Of a DNA stretch of 64,000 nt, positions 1 to 12,800 are shown piece by piece; position 1 is the stretch's first letter, and every line of letters starts with the position of its first letter. The notes beneath the pieces were generated by a model. It was not told where the DNA came from, ran no database searches, and worked only from the letters and a program-made list of their open reading frames with translations. A program made the position numbers and the translations under genes. Origin of the DNA: Lingula anatina (lineage: Eukaryota > Animalia > Brachiopoda); contig CM120640.1 in NCBI GenBank assembly GCA_051362555.1, forward strand, positions 63,838,788-63,902,787. The letters are read 5' to 3'.

Positions 1-360
1 GATGTAGCAAAGTAGGTTTAATGAGCAATGTTTGGGGGGGGGGGGGGGGGAGAATGAAGAAGAAAATAAATCAATTTCTTGAATTAACAACCATACTCGA
101 TGCGTTTTCTCACGGAAGTACATGTATACAGGTACAAGGGTATCTATAGAGGGCCCATGACCTTTAATTTATTTTACAGACAAAGAAAACAGCTTAAGTA
201 GCAGTCTCTGTAAGGTTCAGAATAGGGTGGCACATGACCCTCTCAGATTTTGATGAAAATTGGTGTATTTGTTCATTATAGCCCCAAACCAACATAATGG
301 ATATTGGTTTGTTTGAATCACCCTCGGTTGCCATGGTAACAGCACTTAAAAATTTTCACC

Positions 361-1660
361 CAAGATGGCGGAATCCAGATTGCAAAATTTCAATTTCAGC
401 TATATTTGAGCTAAAAAAACCATAAATGTGGATAAATAAACATTTTTCATTTTCAGACATTGTTAAATATCATATCCTATTTGAACTAAAAACATATAAA
501 TAAATGTTTTTGGTGGCCTTTAAAAATTAGAAAAATAACTTTGAAAATGGGGAATTTTCAAAAATTCCAATTTTTGCTAAAATGCCCAAATTTGCAAATT
601 TCAAATACATTTTTCATAGACTGGCCAAAGCCATCTATTATCACCATACATTACATAAGAAAGTACATGTACTGTCCTTTTATAATCAAAAATAAAATTT
701 TTTTCAAACACATTTTTCAAAAAATTATTCAAATTTTAAAATTCTTAATCCAAGATGGCGGCAACCAAATTGCACATTTTACATACTTGTGTATATTAAA
801 AATAACAATCATGGTTAAACACATATTTTATATTTGTATGTTGCTAAATTCCAAATCTTGATTAATTGAAAAACATAAAAAATATTATTTTTTGCTGGCC
901 TTTAAAAATTAAAAAAATAACTTTGAAAATGGGGAATTTTCAAAAATTCAAAATTTTGCTAAAATGCCCAAATTTGCCATTTTCAAATACACTTTTCATA
1001 GACTGGCCAAAGCCACCTATTATTGACATACATTACATAAGGAAGTTCATATACTGAACTGTTTTAATCAAAAATAAAATTTTTTTCAAACACATTTTTC
1101 AAAAAATTATTCAAATTTTAAAATTCTTAATCCAAGATGGCGGCAATCAAATGGCAAAATGTCCCTATTTCTGCTTTAAACTAAACAAGCATGGATAAAA
1201 CACACATTTCATTTTAGTATCCTGCTAAATATTATATCTTGATTTAGTCAAATGCATATTACTTAATATTTTAAACAGTCCTAAAAATTTAGAAAAACAA
1301 CTCTAAAAATGGCAGATTTCCAAAATTTCAAATTTTAGCTAAAATGCCCAAATTTTGCCATTTTTAAATACATTTTTCATAGACTGGCCAAACCCACCTA
1401 ATATTGTCATACATTATAAGTAAATGTTTTGAGTTAATATTATAAAAAAATCTTTTTTCAAACATTTAAAAAAAAATGCAAATTTTTAAATTCACAATTC
1501 AAGATGGCGTCAACCAAATTTTCCATTTTTCGCTATTTCTACTTTAAAAATGGATTAAAATACAAATTTTGTACTTGTGTCCTGCTAAATAACTTGATTT
1601 AGTCAAAAGCACACAGGTAAATATTTTTGTGATCTTTAAAAAAAACTTTAAAATGATGAA
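361..1660. repeat. Degenerate tandem array, ~4 units of ~370-390 bp, probably the interior of a non-autonomous DNA element
   Basis: CAAGATGGCG recurs at 361, 751, 1133 and 1500; the block 'aaatgcccaaattt...agactggccaaa' recurs at ~581, ~962 and ~1342. The ORFs at 541 and 866 are translations of two repeat units. Confidence 0.8.
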
Positions 1661-2920
1661 TTTTCACAATGGGACAATGGGTGTTAATCTTTCAAGGTCA
1701 TACAATAACAGCAATGTGGTGGTATTCTTTTGGTTGACATCCAATAGTTGAGAAATATCTCCTACCAGTCTCAGCTTCAGTTTCAATCTCTTGTGGACTT
1801 TCTACCACTGTCCAGGAAAAAAATTCCCTTATTCATAAAATACTGTCTATAATGTGCGTGGATTTAGCAGTGCCCACCCCAGATTAGTTAACATTTTTAT
1901 TTGATTCTTTTAATTGTATATGAATATATTTTAAACAAGTCACAGTGAATTAAAACATGTGGACTTACCAATGGACTTTGGTAAGTTATTTTTTCTTATT
2001 TGAAAGAAAATGAGGCATCTTCTCTACATAGTAGTAAATTATATGAATATTTATTATGGTGTTCAGCATTTTTGTCACAAACTTAAAATACCAATATATA
2101 TTTTCCCTCATGCTCCTTGCCCTAAGATGTTCATAATTTATTAATTTTGCTAATTTTCTTTTGGTATACAACTTATATGTAAGAATATTTGTTGTAGGTA
2201 AAGTCCATTGGTAACCAGCTACACTGTTAGAAGTTGTGATATCAAAGCAAAGCAGTTTTCAATGTTAAGGGTGCCTCAACATGATAGTATTTGATGCATT
2301 TTGTCCCGAGAATCATGCATGATCATACATTTTGACGAGTCCAACATCTGCCTCAACACTGAGGACTAATTTGGCATGTTACAATCAGGTAGAAAGTATC
2401 ATTATGATAATTTCCCCTATTTAAGTTACTATTTACAATTTTTAATGTAAAGAGTAAAGTTAGGTCACCTGCTAGTTTTCAGTAAAGAAATATGAGAAAA
2501 ATTTATGGATAACACAGACTTTATGATATCAAAACTGTGGGAGCATTATACTAAGCAGGACTTGATTAGGTGAGTCTTTAATACAAATAGCATGATTATC
2601 AAGGCTTATAAAGTAATGCTAACTTGTTTTCTCATTTAGTATTTTTTGTGACTGAAAATCTAATGTACTGCTATATCTTTCCGAGAAAAACTGAGCTGCA
2701 AGACTGGTTTGTCAAATAAAGTGCAATAGTACAGACCATATCACTCCCATTCTGAAAGGATAAAACTGGCTGCTTGTTTTGTATTATTTTTAAGGCGATA
2801 CATACACAAGGACCATTATATTTATCTGATCCTATCTGTTTTAACTGACCAAGGCGGTCCACACATTTTAATACTGAGAATGACCTTATTTTAGAACAGT
2901 CTATTTTAGAGAAGGGGTGC

Positions 2921-3065
2921 CTCAAAAGTTATGGAGATCGGGCTTTTATAATCTATGCCTCCAAATTATGGAACGCCTTACCAAATTTTATTAGAAAAGC
3001 AGACGACTTTGACAGTTTTAAATCCCTTCTTAAAACTCACATTTTTAAATCTGTCTATATCTCTT

Positions 3066-3136
<71 letters not shown>

Positions 3137-3283
3137 ATGTTTTTAGTAGTGTTAATTTTAAATGGTTTCCAATTGTTTCAGATTTAAATATTGTAGTGAT
3201 TTTTTAATGATTTTAGTTATATTATTGTAAGGCGCCTTGAGGTAGCACGTAAGGCACCATATAAGAATATTATTGTTATTATT
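2921..3283 (+). mobile_element. 5'-truncated L2/CR1-clade LINE 3' end
   Basis: Frame from 2921 reads LKSYGDRAFIIYASKLWNALPNFIRKADDFDSFKSLLKTHIFKSVYIS*, matching the L2-type ORF2 C-terminus (GDRAF..A.KLWN.LP..IR.....FK..LKTHLF). It is followed by a (TA)n run, an L2-like tail (tgtaaggcgccttgag...aaggcaccatataa) and short (ATT)n repeats. Confidence 0.85.
3069..3133. repeat. (TA)n microsatellite
   Basis: Seen directly, inside the L2 3' UTR. Confidence 0.95.
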
Positions 3284-3809
3284 GACAGATATCTTTTACA
3301 TGTCTATTTTATTTTACAAGTTTTTTTATTTAGAATCCTGGTTGTGAAGAACTAGAAATCTCTTCCACTTGTATGAGTACCAATTTCTACTGTATATATT
3401 AAGTATTCAAGTAATCTGTTCTGTTATCGACTTCAAGTACCTGAGAGGGCACGACGGGTCTTACAGGGCGCTGTTTTAAATTGGAGGTAGACCATACTCA
3501 AGCAGTAAATAGCCGTAAAACACAAACTCACGTTGAACATCAAAACTTTATTAGAAAACCTGTATCAAAGTTAACACTGACTGTAATTTAGAGTATAGTA
3601 ACTGACAGTGCTTTACTTATTTGTCGATTATATCGGATATTAACGGCAACTGCACGTGAGGGAGAAGACGAGGTTTTCACAGTGGTACATGTACCTGGTA
3701 GTTTTCTTGATATCCCTAGTTAGTAGTGCCGATTATTTACGACTATAAAGTTCTACCAGTCCTTTCTTGTGGGTAATTTATGAAAAATTGCATATCATGC
3801 CGTAAATAA

Positions 3810-5850
3810 ACTAGAGGATCAGAGAGGCGATACCGCCTCCAGATATTGTACCACCAGCTGGAGTAAGCGCATTCGTATGGACCCCCCCCCCCCTCCTAAA
3901 AGGGACACCATCACCAGTCTGGTGTTTGACAAGCTCTATAAGATGCAATCAACAAGAGTTCTCAAAATATGCAAAAAATATAACTAAAAATGATACAATC
4001 AAGCAGATTTTCAAATTGACTTGCATTTTCCTACCCTTGCTCACTACTGTATTCTCTAGACAAAAGGCCTATTGGTTTTCCTTGAAATGTGTTGTCAATG
4101 GTGCATATATGCTGACAAAAGAGAAAACCTAGGGGAAACAATGGGCACATCTCTGCTAGATTTAAAGATATGAGAGGCAAGAAAATATGCAAAGCTCAGT
4201 TCATGGTGAAAAAGTAGGTCAAAGGTCAATTTCAATATCATAGTATATGAATTTCTATTCAAGTTCAATAGCAACCATGGACATTTCTTTGCCAATTTTG
4301 CAGATTTAAAGGCCAGAAAACATGCAAAAAGCAGTTCATCATAAAAAGTAGGTCAAAGGTCAATTTCAAGGTCACAGATTGCTAGTGTATTACTTCCTAT
4401 TCAAGTTCAATAGTAACTATGGACCTATCTGTCAGTTTTGAAGATAAAGGTGAACGAAAATTTGCTAAGTTCAGTTCATAGTAAAAGGAAGGTCAAAGGT
4501 CAATTTAAAGGTCACAGTAAATTGCCAGTTCATGACTTCCTATTTAAGTTCAATAGTAACTATGGACCTATCTCTGCCAGTTTTGGAGATTAAAGGGAAC
4601 AAAAATTGGCAAAGTTCAATTCATGGTGAAAAGTAGGTCAAAGGTCAATTTTAAGGTCACTGATTAATTGCCAGTATGTGACTTCCTATTCAAGTTTAAT
4701 AGTGACTATGGACCTATCTCTGCCAGTTTTGGGGATTAAAGGGAACAAAAATTGCCAAAGTTCAATTCATGGTGAAAAGTAGGTCAAAGGTCAATTTTAA
4801 GGTCACTGTTAAATTGCCAGTATGTGACTTCCTATTCAAGTTCAATAGTAACTATTGACCTATCTCTGCCAGTTTTGGAGATAAAAGGGAACAAAAATTT
4901 GCAAAGTTCAGTTCATGGTGAAAAGTAGGTCAAAGGTCAATTTCAAGCTCACATCTAGATTGCAAGTAAATGACTTCCTATTCAACTTAAATAATAACTA
5001 TTGACCTATCTCTGCCAGTTTTGGAGATATAAGGGACTAAATGTTACAATTCTGAGTTACAAAAATGTGCCACCACAAAGTACTTTTTAATACAGCATAA
5101 CACGAAAACCGTATGAAATACAAAAAAACGGAGACCACTCTCAGTGTTGGGCTTTACATGCTCTACAAAATGCAAAAAAGAACGGGTCGCTAGCATTAAC
5201 GGTTCCCGAATTAGAGACAGTTTTCATTTTCGGTATTTTATGGCCGCTACTCCTGTGAAAATGCACTGATTGACCCCAAATTCACAGAGATGAAAGATGA
5301 CCCAAAGGGTAACACTTTCCAATATAATTATTGGTTAAGTCTGTGTAGTGTCTGAATAACAGTGCAAATAATATTTTTTTTCGTAAAAAATTTCATTTTT
5401 TTGAAAATTTTGGCCCGTTTGACCTTGAAATAAAGGTCAAAGGTCAAATCCAAGGGCATATTTGAAATCTACACATATGACTTTTGGAAAGCCGTCTGTA
5501 GAAAATTTTCCCATAATTCCTTCCGTAGGGTAGATAATTGGCATTGAATTTTCAAAAATTTTGACAAGGGTGCATTTCAAGGAGCGTCACGCCCAGGTCA
5601 ATGTACCGACTGAGACAAAAAAACCTGGGGGTTCAAGTTGAGGTTATATGTGACCTAAATCCAAGAGATGGGGACAGGGGTCCTTGCGGTCTAGGAGGAG
5701 AAGCGGTAACGGTGACTTGTATCCGGCGCCAGTACGCGGAGCCGGCGGAGCTTACGGAGCCGGCGGAGCCGGCGGAGCCGGCGGAGCCGGACGAGACGGG
5801 TCGGGACTAAAACCATGAGTACCGCCAGCGTACACGCTGGTGGTACTAAT
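3810..5850 (+). mobile_element. Non-autonomous Helentron/DINE-like element, family A, copy 1
   Basis: 5' aactag start; subterminal tgtaccaccagc (~3848) complementary to the 3' hairpin arm gctggtggtac; internal ~145-bp tandem array (~4150-5040); (GCGGAGCCG)n microsatellite at ~5737-5790; 3' hairpin gtaccgccagcgtacacgctggtggtac followed by taataa. An inverted second copy lies at 13951. Confidence 0.8.
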
Positions 5851-6118
5851 AACTGTGTGCATTCTCCGTCCACATACGAAACCGACGGCAATAAGAGCTC
5901 CCGCCATCTTGGATAAAATTAGTTATGTTGTATATAAAAAAAAAAACGATGTGCGGAAACAAATACTACACACCAGTCAGCATAAAAACATTCCAAGCAA
6001 TAAATGATCCAGAAAACAAGTGCCATTTATCCAAAAAAATATCCATTTCATGAGATAAATAACCTTAATTCAATTTATTTACATCTGAATGAGTTCGTAG
6101 TTTAGCAGTCACCGCTAC

Positions 6119-6130
6119 TGCGCATGCGCA
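6119..6130. promoter_or_regulatory. NRF1-type palindrome TGCGCATGCGCA in a putative promoter region
   Basis: Perfect NRF1 consensus ~1.1 kb upstream of the GXYLT copy 1 start, with a YY1-type CCGCCATCTTG at ~5901-5911 nearby. Confidence 0.45.
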
Positions 6131-7232
6131 GATGGTCTTTTTCGCGTAGTTTTAACGTTGATTGTTTTTAATGTAATTTAACCATTTTGTGTTTTGAAAA
6201 AAATTTTATTTCATTTTTTGGTACCTGAATATATGCTGTAAACATCTTGTATAGCCATCTTACATAACTACGTCGGCCATACGAGTTATTTGTCAGTGAA
6301 TATGGGGTTACCTGAACATTTTATATAGAAAAGCATATGGGAGAAAAATTTCAGGCTTAAATATAAAACGCTCTAAAAAATAAATTATTTTAAATATGCA
6401 ACTTTTCGGGCTCAATTTATTAGTTTTTAGCATAGTTCTTCACAATAAATTAAAAGAAAACAAAATCTGGAAGGGTCATGTTCCAATGCCCCTATGTTAT
6501 TTTTCTGATTCTTACAGAGACTGGTACTTAATTACTTGTACTCAGGTCAATGTACCGCCAAGGCCGCCTATATTCACCGATGTTATTATTAATTATTATT
6601 TTATGCACCAGGATGTAAACTACTGGCGAAAATGTACAAATACATAGGTAGGCCTATATATAGGAAAGTTATCTGCTGAAAGTTAAGACCACTATTTGTC
6701 CCGTGGGATGAGGAGGAGGTTAGCCATAAGTCTTTCTGGTTTCTGGTACTCAAACTACTCAACCGATTAAGGTTTTTTTCATTAATGCATCATGGTAGAC
6801 TAATAAGTATGGTATTCTTAAGTAAGTGTGGCTTTTATATTCATTTACCGATCAAGGTGATAGCCAGGTGTTAATTTGGCGTCCAGAATGAATTGAACAA
6901 ATAAATTGACGATGATTTAACCCCAACCCAAATGTGTTCACCATAAGAAATGCTCATTGCACTTTAAGCAAACACAAAGACACAATTGCGTACATAAAAA
7001 GTTCGGCAACAAAAAGTTTCAAAAAGGGGTAGGCCTATATGTTGCAAATTTTACAGAACAGAAACAAAACAGGTTTCGAGTTGTCTAGGGTTGGCTCTTC
7101 GTGGTTTTTGAGGCCTTGTGCAAATCGGTGCATTATGCCCTCCCATTTTGGCACTGGAGACCTCAGTAAATAAACGTGGCCTGACGGACTGCTGCTACAG
7201 AATGCACAGTTTTAAGTTGTGCTGGTTAAAAA

Positions 7233-9769
7233 ATGTTCTTTAAGATTAGCATTCTGGTACTGTCTGTATCTGTCGTCGTTTATTATGTATATTTCCATCA
7301 TCAGATAAAGGAAAGTGAGGAAGGAGTCACCGATTTCCTGTCTGGAGAAGAAGATGAAGTAGTCGAAATAAATGCGACGCAAGAGTCTGCCCAGGAAGAT
7401 GATATTGCTGGGTATGCATGCGTTGGCACGTCAGTTCTCACTGGATATATTTAAAAAGTGTAACTGATAATTTTCTAGTAATAGTTTTCTAGTTTTCGGT
7501 ACTAGTAACATTTAGTTTGTCCAGGGATGATTTTTCCCCCTAAATTTGTTCTGAATTTTCATATAATTGGCGAAATGAAATCCGATGAAAGTCCAAGGGA
7601 GTGTTTGTGACTGTTAGATTTATAATGATGAAAGAAGTCAATGTTAAATACATTAAAGTTAGACAATGCATGAAAAGTAAGTCCCCTGAGAAAATGTTCA
7701 AATGTTGCAACTTTTAGCAGGTGTAATTATTGCCATGTCGTTTTAAGCCTCCCCTGATGTGAAAATAATCCTACACACAAATGCTTAAATACCAGATAGA
7801 TGATTGATGCTGCTGCAGGTTTTGGGTCATACCATCATGTCATTAATTATTTCAAAATGTGGCAAAATACAAGTATATGATTATTTTTTCTAACCAAGCT
7901 AAAGTACAGTACCTGGTCAACATGGGAATACTGTTTGTTTTCTTTTTTATTTTAATTTTGGTTCGACAGCCTGTTTTGGTAATAAGTATAAATAATCATA
8001 AACAATCAAAAGCAATAGAAACATTACCACAATTTTGCTTCAGACTTATCCGTATACAGTTAAGTCTCTTGCATGCATGATGTCTACGTTAAGTTCTTAG
8101 GCACACTTGTGAACATAACACTTTCATGCCATGATTTAAGCAAATTAATTTCTTTGGTGCTCATCAGTTTCTGAAGCTGTAAGTCTTTAAATTTCTCAGC
8201 ATTTTTATTTTATTTTGTATTTAACTTTTTAATCATAATTTTAAGCATAGCACATTACAGATGCATAAAAGCATTACAGTTTCAAACAAAATTAAAGGTG
8301 ATTTACAGGTGTGTAATAAAGTATTGTTTTAATTATTTAGAAACCCTCAAGCACCTGATGTACCAAGCATGCACCTTGCAGTAGTGGCCTGTGGGGATAG
8401 ACTTGAGGAGACACTAGTCATGATCAAATCTGCTCTTATTCTCTCTAGAGATGTGATTAAGGTCCACATATTTGCAGAATATGATCTTCATCTAGGTTTC
8501 AAACAACAGGTAATGCTATGTTTACCAGTATGTACAAAATTAAGTACCAGTATATATCTTGTGTAAATGTCAGGGGCGGATTTAGGCCGTCTTCTGGGTC
8601 TTCTGGAAGACAGTCAGATTTTCAAGTTTACATTGTCAGCCATCTAATGTTTTCTGTCGGAAGACGGTCAAAAATGGAAGATGGATCAACAATGATAATT
8701 TAGAAGACTGTCAGAAAATATCTCTGGATCCGCCCCTGAATGTACCTGTATGTAGTATGCTGGTATGAGCATCGAAGTGATTTATCATAGGGTGGTTTAT
8801 CATAGGGCACATGTCGCATCCCTTTGGTGGATTTTCTTTTTTTGTAAGCCTTTTCAGGGCAGTGAGTAAAGGTTAAAAAATGCCAAAACAAAGAATAGGA
8901 GGAACTCCACCACTCATGCAGGATCAGCTTTATCAGTAAAATAAATGTGAGAATATTCATATTAGACCAGTACCTCATTCCTCTAGGCAGGAGACTTTTA
9001 ATCACCACCTTCACCAGTGTACATAATAATGATTTTAGATGCAGATTTTATAGGTGTACAAATTTATGTTCACAGATTTTTTTTTCTTTACAGTTGGACA
9101 AGTGGCTAGCAGCCTCTCAGGGCACATTTACTTACCAGCTTTACCCTATCACATATCCAGAAAATTACAATGTTGAAGAATGGAAGAAAGTATTCAAACC
9201 TTGTGCCACTCAGAGGTTATTTTTACCAGTAAGGTTGCAGCTCACAAAAATTTATTCTAGTAAAAACATTCAGAACTGCCGCAGCATTGACATTTTAGGC
9301 ATAGAAGTATGTTAAGCAGAGTACAGTTTGTTTCATGTGTGGAAACACACCGAGTCAAATCTAATGACATTTTATGGACATATTTGCTATTTTTTAAAAT
9401 ATATGTAATCTATGTTTGAAAATAACTTGAAACCTTCAACTGAAACCACAAAATAAATTGTTTTCAGTATGTCATGAAAGACGTTGATTCTTTGCTGTAT
9501 GTGGACACAGACATTTTATTCATGCGCCCTTTTGATGACATCTGGAGCTTTTTCAAAGAGTTTAACTCCAGCCATATAGCAGCCCTTGCACCTGAACACA
9601 TGGATGGAGCAGCAGGCTGGTACAATAGATTTGCTATGCATCCATACTATGGACCTCTGGGTAGGTTGTTATTTTTACACATTTCATTTGCATTTCTGCA
9701 ATTTCTTACGTATACATTTTTATGTACAGACACAGATGTGTCTGTACATATAGCCATCATCTGCGTCTG

Positions 9770-9804
<35 letters not shown>

Positions 9805-12800
9805 GTGCACTTTTACCGATAACACGATAAGTGGAAAACCATTTTGCTCTTTGATTTGAAACTTGCAGAACTGATGAATATTCATAATACGCAGGTCAAG
9901 TTCGAAAATCAGCATGATCGGGTCACTCTTAGGGAATTTATGCTGTTTTTTCACTTTTTTCAACATATATGCAGCACCGATAACACAATAAGTGGAAAAC
10001 CATTGTACCTTTTGGCTTGAAACTTACAGAACTGATGAATATACATAATACGCAGGTCAAGTTCAAAAATCAGCGTGATTGGGTCATTTTTAGTGAATTT
10101 AGGCTATTTTTTCTCTTTTTTCAGCATATATGCAGCACAGATAACACCATAAATGGAAAACCATTTGACCTTTTGGCTTGAAACCTACAGAACTGATGAA
10201 TATTCATAATACGCAGGTCAAGTTCAAAAATCAGCATGATTGGGTTATTTTTAGTGAATTTAGGCTATTTTTTCACTTTTTTTTCAGCATTTTTGCAACA
10301 CTGATAACACAATAAATGAAGAGCTGTTTTACCCTTTGGCTTGAAACTTACAGAACTGATAAATATTCATAATACGCAGGTCAAGTTTGAAAATCAGCAC
10401 GATCAGGTCACTTATAGGGAATTTATGCTGTTTTTTTTCACTTTTTTCAGTATATATGCAACACTGATAGCACAATATAAGAAAAACAGATTGGCCAATT
10501 GTCATTATACTCACAGGAGGGGCCAATCTTACTAAAACGCATGTTGAGTTTGAAAATCAGCATAATCAGTCCATTATTTTAAAAGGTAATGCTGTTTTTT
10601 CACATTTCCTCACATTCAATTCTTAGGCATGTTAACAGTCTCATTATTGAACTAATAAGATACGTAAATGTGTTTGTTTGGCATTTCCTGCATCTTTACA
10701 ACATTGTTAGTTGATTTTGTAAAAATGATGGTAAACTTGTTATCATGTATTGTGTAATAAAGTGTCAAAAATGGAAATAAACTCATATCATTGCAGTTTG
10801 TCAGATGCATTCATCCACTATGTTCAGAATCTCAGAATGGAGGAAGTTGGGCATTTAAAACTGTTCTATTGATACTTTTCCCATCTCATCAATTTTCTTC
10901 ATTGGTCATATAAAAATGGCAGTAAACTGTTTATTTTGTTTTATGTTTAAAAAGTGTTAAAAATGGAAATAAACCCATTTCAGAACAGTGCTGTATTGTT
11001 TACATTTTGGCATTTTCAATATGTGACTTTGAAGTTCCATGGGCCTGAAGGCTTTTGCTAGTCACATTTTCTGAATAACCATGATACTAATATTTTATAA
11101 TTAAAAATTGATGGTCATTATGCTGTAAAACATTATGTAATATTACATGAAAATTTGAAGAAACCCCTATTTTGGGCACTGCTCCCATGATGACCATTTA
11201 AGGAAAATCATGTCACTTACTGTTCTCAAACTTACAGGAAAGAAACATGGGACTAAAATACAGCTCCAGTAAGCAATGCAGTCTGTTTGGTAAATTTTTC
11301 TGGCAATTAAACAGTTTTTTGTGAAAATTTAATTTTTCACTTATTGGCATTTTCAAGGTGTGACTTTGAAGTTCCATGATCCTGAAGACCTTTGCTTGTC
11401 ACATTTCCTGAATATCCGTGATACTAATATTTTATAATTAAAAATTGATGGTCATTATGCTGTTAAACATTATGTAATGTTGCATCAAAATTTGAAGAAA
11501 CCCCTATTTTGGGCAGTGCTCCCATGATGACCATTTAACAAAAATCATGTCAATTACTGTTCTCAAACTTACAGGAAAGAAACATGGGTCTAAAATACAG
11601 CTTCAGTAGGCAATGCAGTCTGTTTGGTAAATTTTTCTGGCAATTAAACAGTTTTTTGTGAAAATTTAATTTTTCACATATTGGCATTTCCAAGGTGCGA
11701 CTTAGAACCTCCACGGGCTTGAAGACCCGTGCTAGTCACATTTTGTGAAAATCCATGACACTTATATTTTATTATTAAAAATCGATGGTCATTATGCTGT
11801 TAAGCATTATGTAATGTTGCATCAAAATAGAAGAAAACACAATTTTTGGTGCTGCTGCCTTGATGACCATTATGGAAAAACCGTGTTACTTATGACTGTC
11901 AAACTTTCAAAAAAGAAACACAGGACTTAAATGCAGCCTGAGTTAGAAAAGCAGTCTAATTGGCTTCTTTTTCTGGAAGTTATACATTTTAGTGTTATAT
12001 TCATTATCTTTTTTGGCATATTCATTGTGGGACTCGGAGCTCCCATGGACATGAAGCCAAATGGTAATCATATTTTCTACATGTCCATCCTATTTATAGT
12101 CAATAAACAAAAATTGGTGATAATTATTCTCTAATTTATTATGTAATGTTACATCAAAATTGACAACAATCTTTTTGCACTGCTACTGCAAACATTATGA
12201 AAAGAAAACTGTGCTACTTATTATAATTTTAAACTTACAAGTACGATTTTTAGGATTGGCCTTCAGCTCATGAGATAACAGCTCTATTGGATTATCATGT
12301 TTATTGTATTTATGCATTTTTTGTGAAATTTTCATTTTTCTCATTCTGGCACTTTCTAAGTATAAACTTGAACTCTGATGGGCCTGAAGCCTTATGCTTT
12401 TACTTTCGTCTGTGTTACCTGTTGTGCATAAGTTGATGTTGACTGTGCAGTTAAACATAATGTATTATTGCATCAGGATTGGTAGTCTCCTATTTTGGGC
12501 ATTATGGTTTTGTGCTTTTCTTAAGGTGTGACTTATGGGCCTGAAGACCTTTGAGTGGGTCAGTCTGTAAATTACCCTTGGGTATCACTAGATTAATTTC
12601 AGAGTTATAAAGTCATTTGCTTTAATAGGCCATTAAATGAGATTACGTAAAGCACACTTGTTGATATTTCCCTGTAAACTCCCAAAGGTAAAGCTCTTTG
12701 CTAGATTAATAATAAGGAAGCAGTGATAATTATGCAGGTAAATTTTGTTTAATATTGCAAATAAGTTTTATATATATATATATCAAACTGGAAGATTAAA

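Noticed and set aside
34-51. Poly-G run
   Set aside because: Simple homopolymer with unreliable length and no supporting context.
541-1057. ORFs of 106 and 63 aa
   Set aside because: Translations of tandem repeat units; non-ATG starts and no protein family features.
4150-5040. Regularly spaced repeats resembling a CRISPR array (also 47403-48195)
   Set aside because: Whole units are repeated with no unique spacers; eukaryotic context and no cas genes.
5601-5891. ORFs with PAE or RLR repeats (also 13901-14155)
   Set aside because: They arise from the 9-bp microsatellite in the family A element.
7624-7690. ATGATGA...CTGA box C/D snoRNA candidate
   Set aside because: No terminal stem or recognisable guide, and the boxes are not conserved in the paralogous intron of copy 2.
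9757-9966. Poly-Arg and DG-repeat ORFs
   Set aside because: (GTCGCC)n microsatellite of family B inside GXYLT intron 4.
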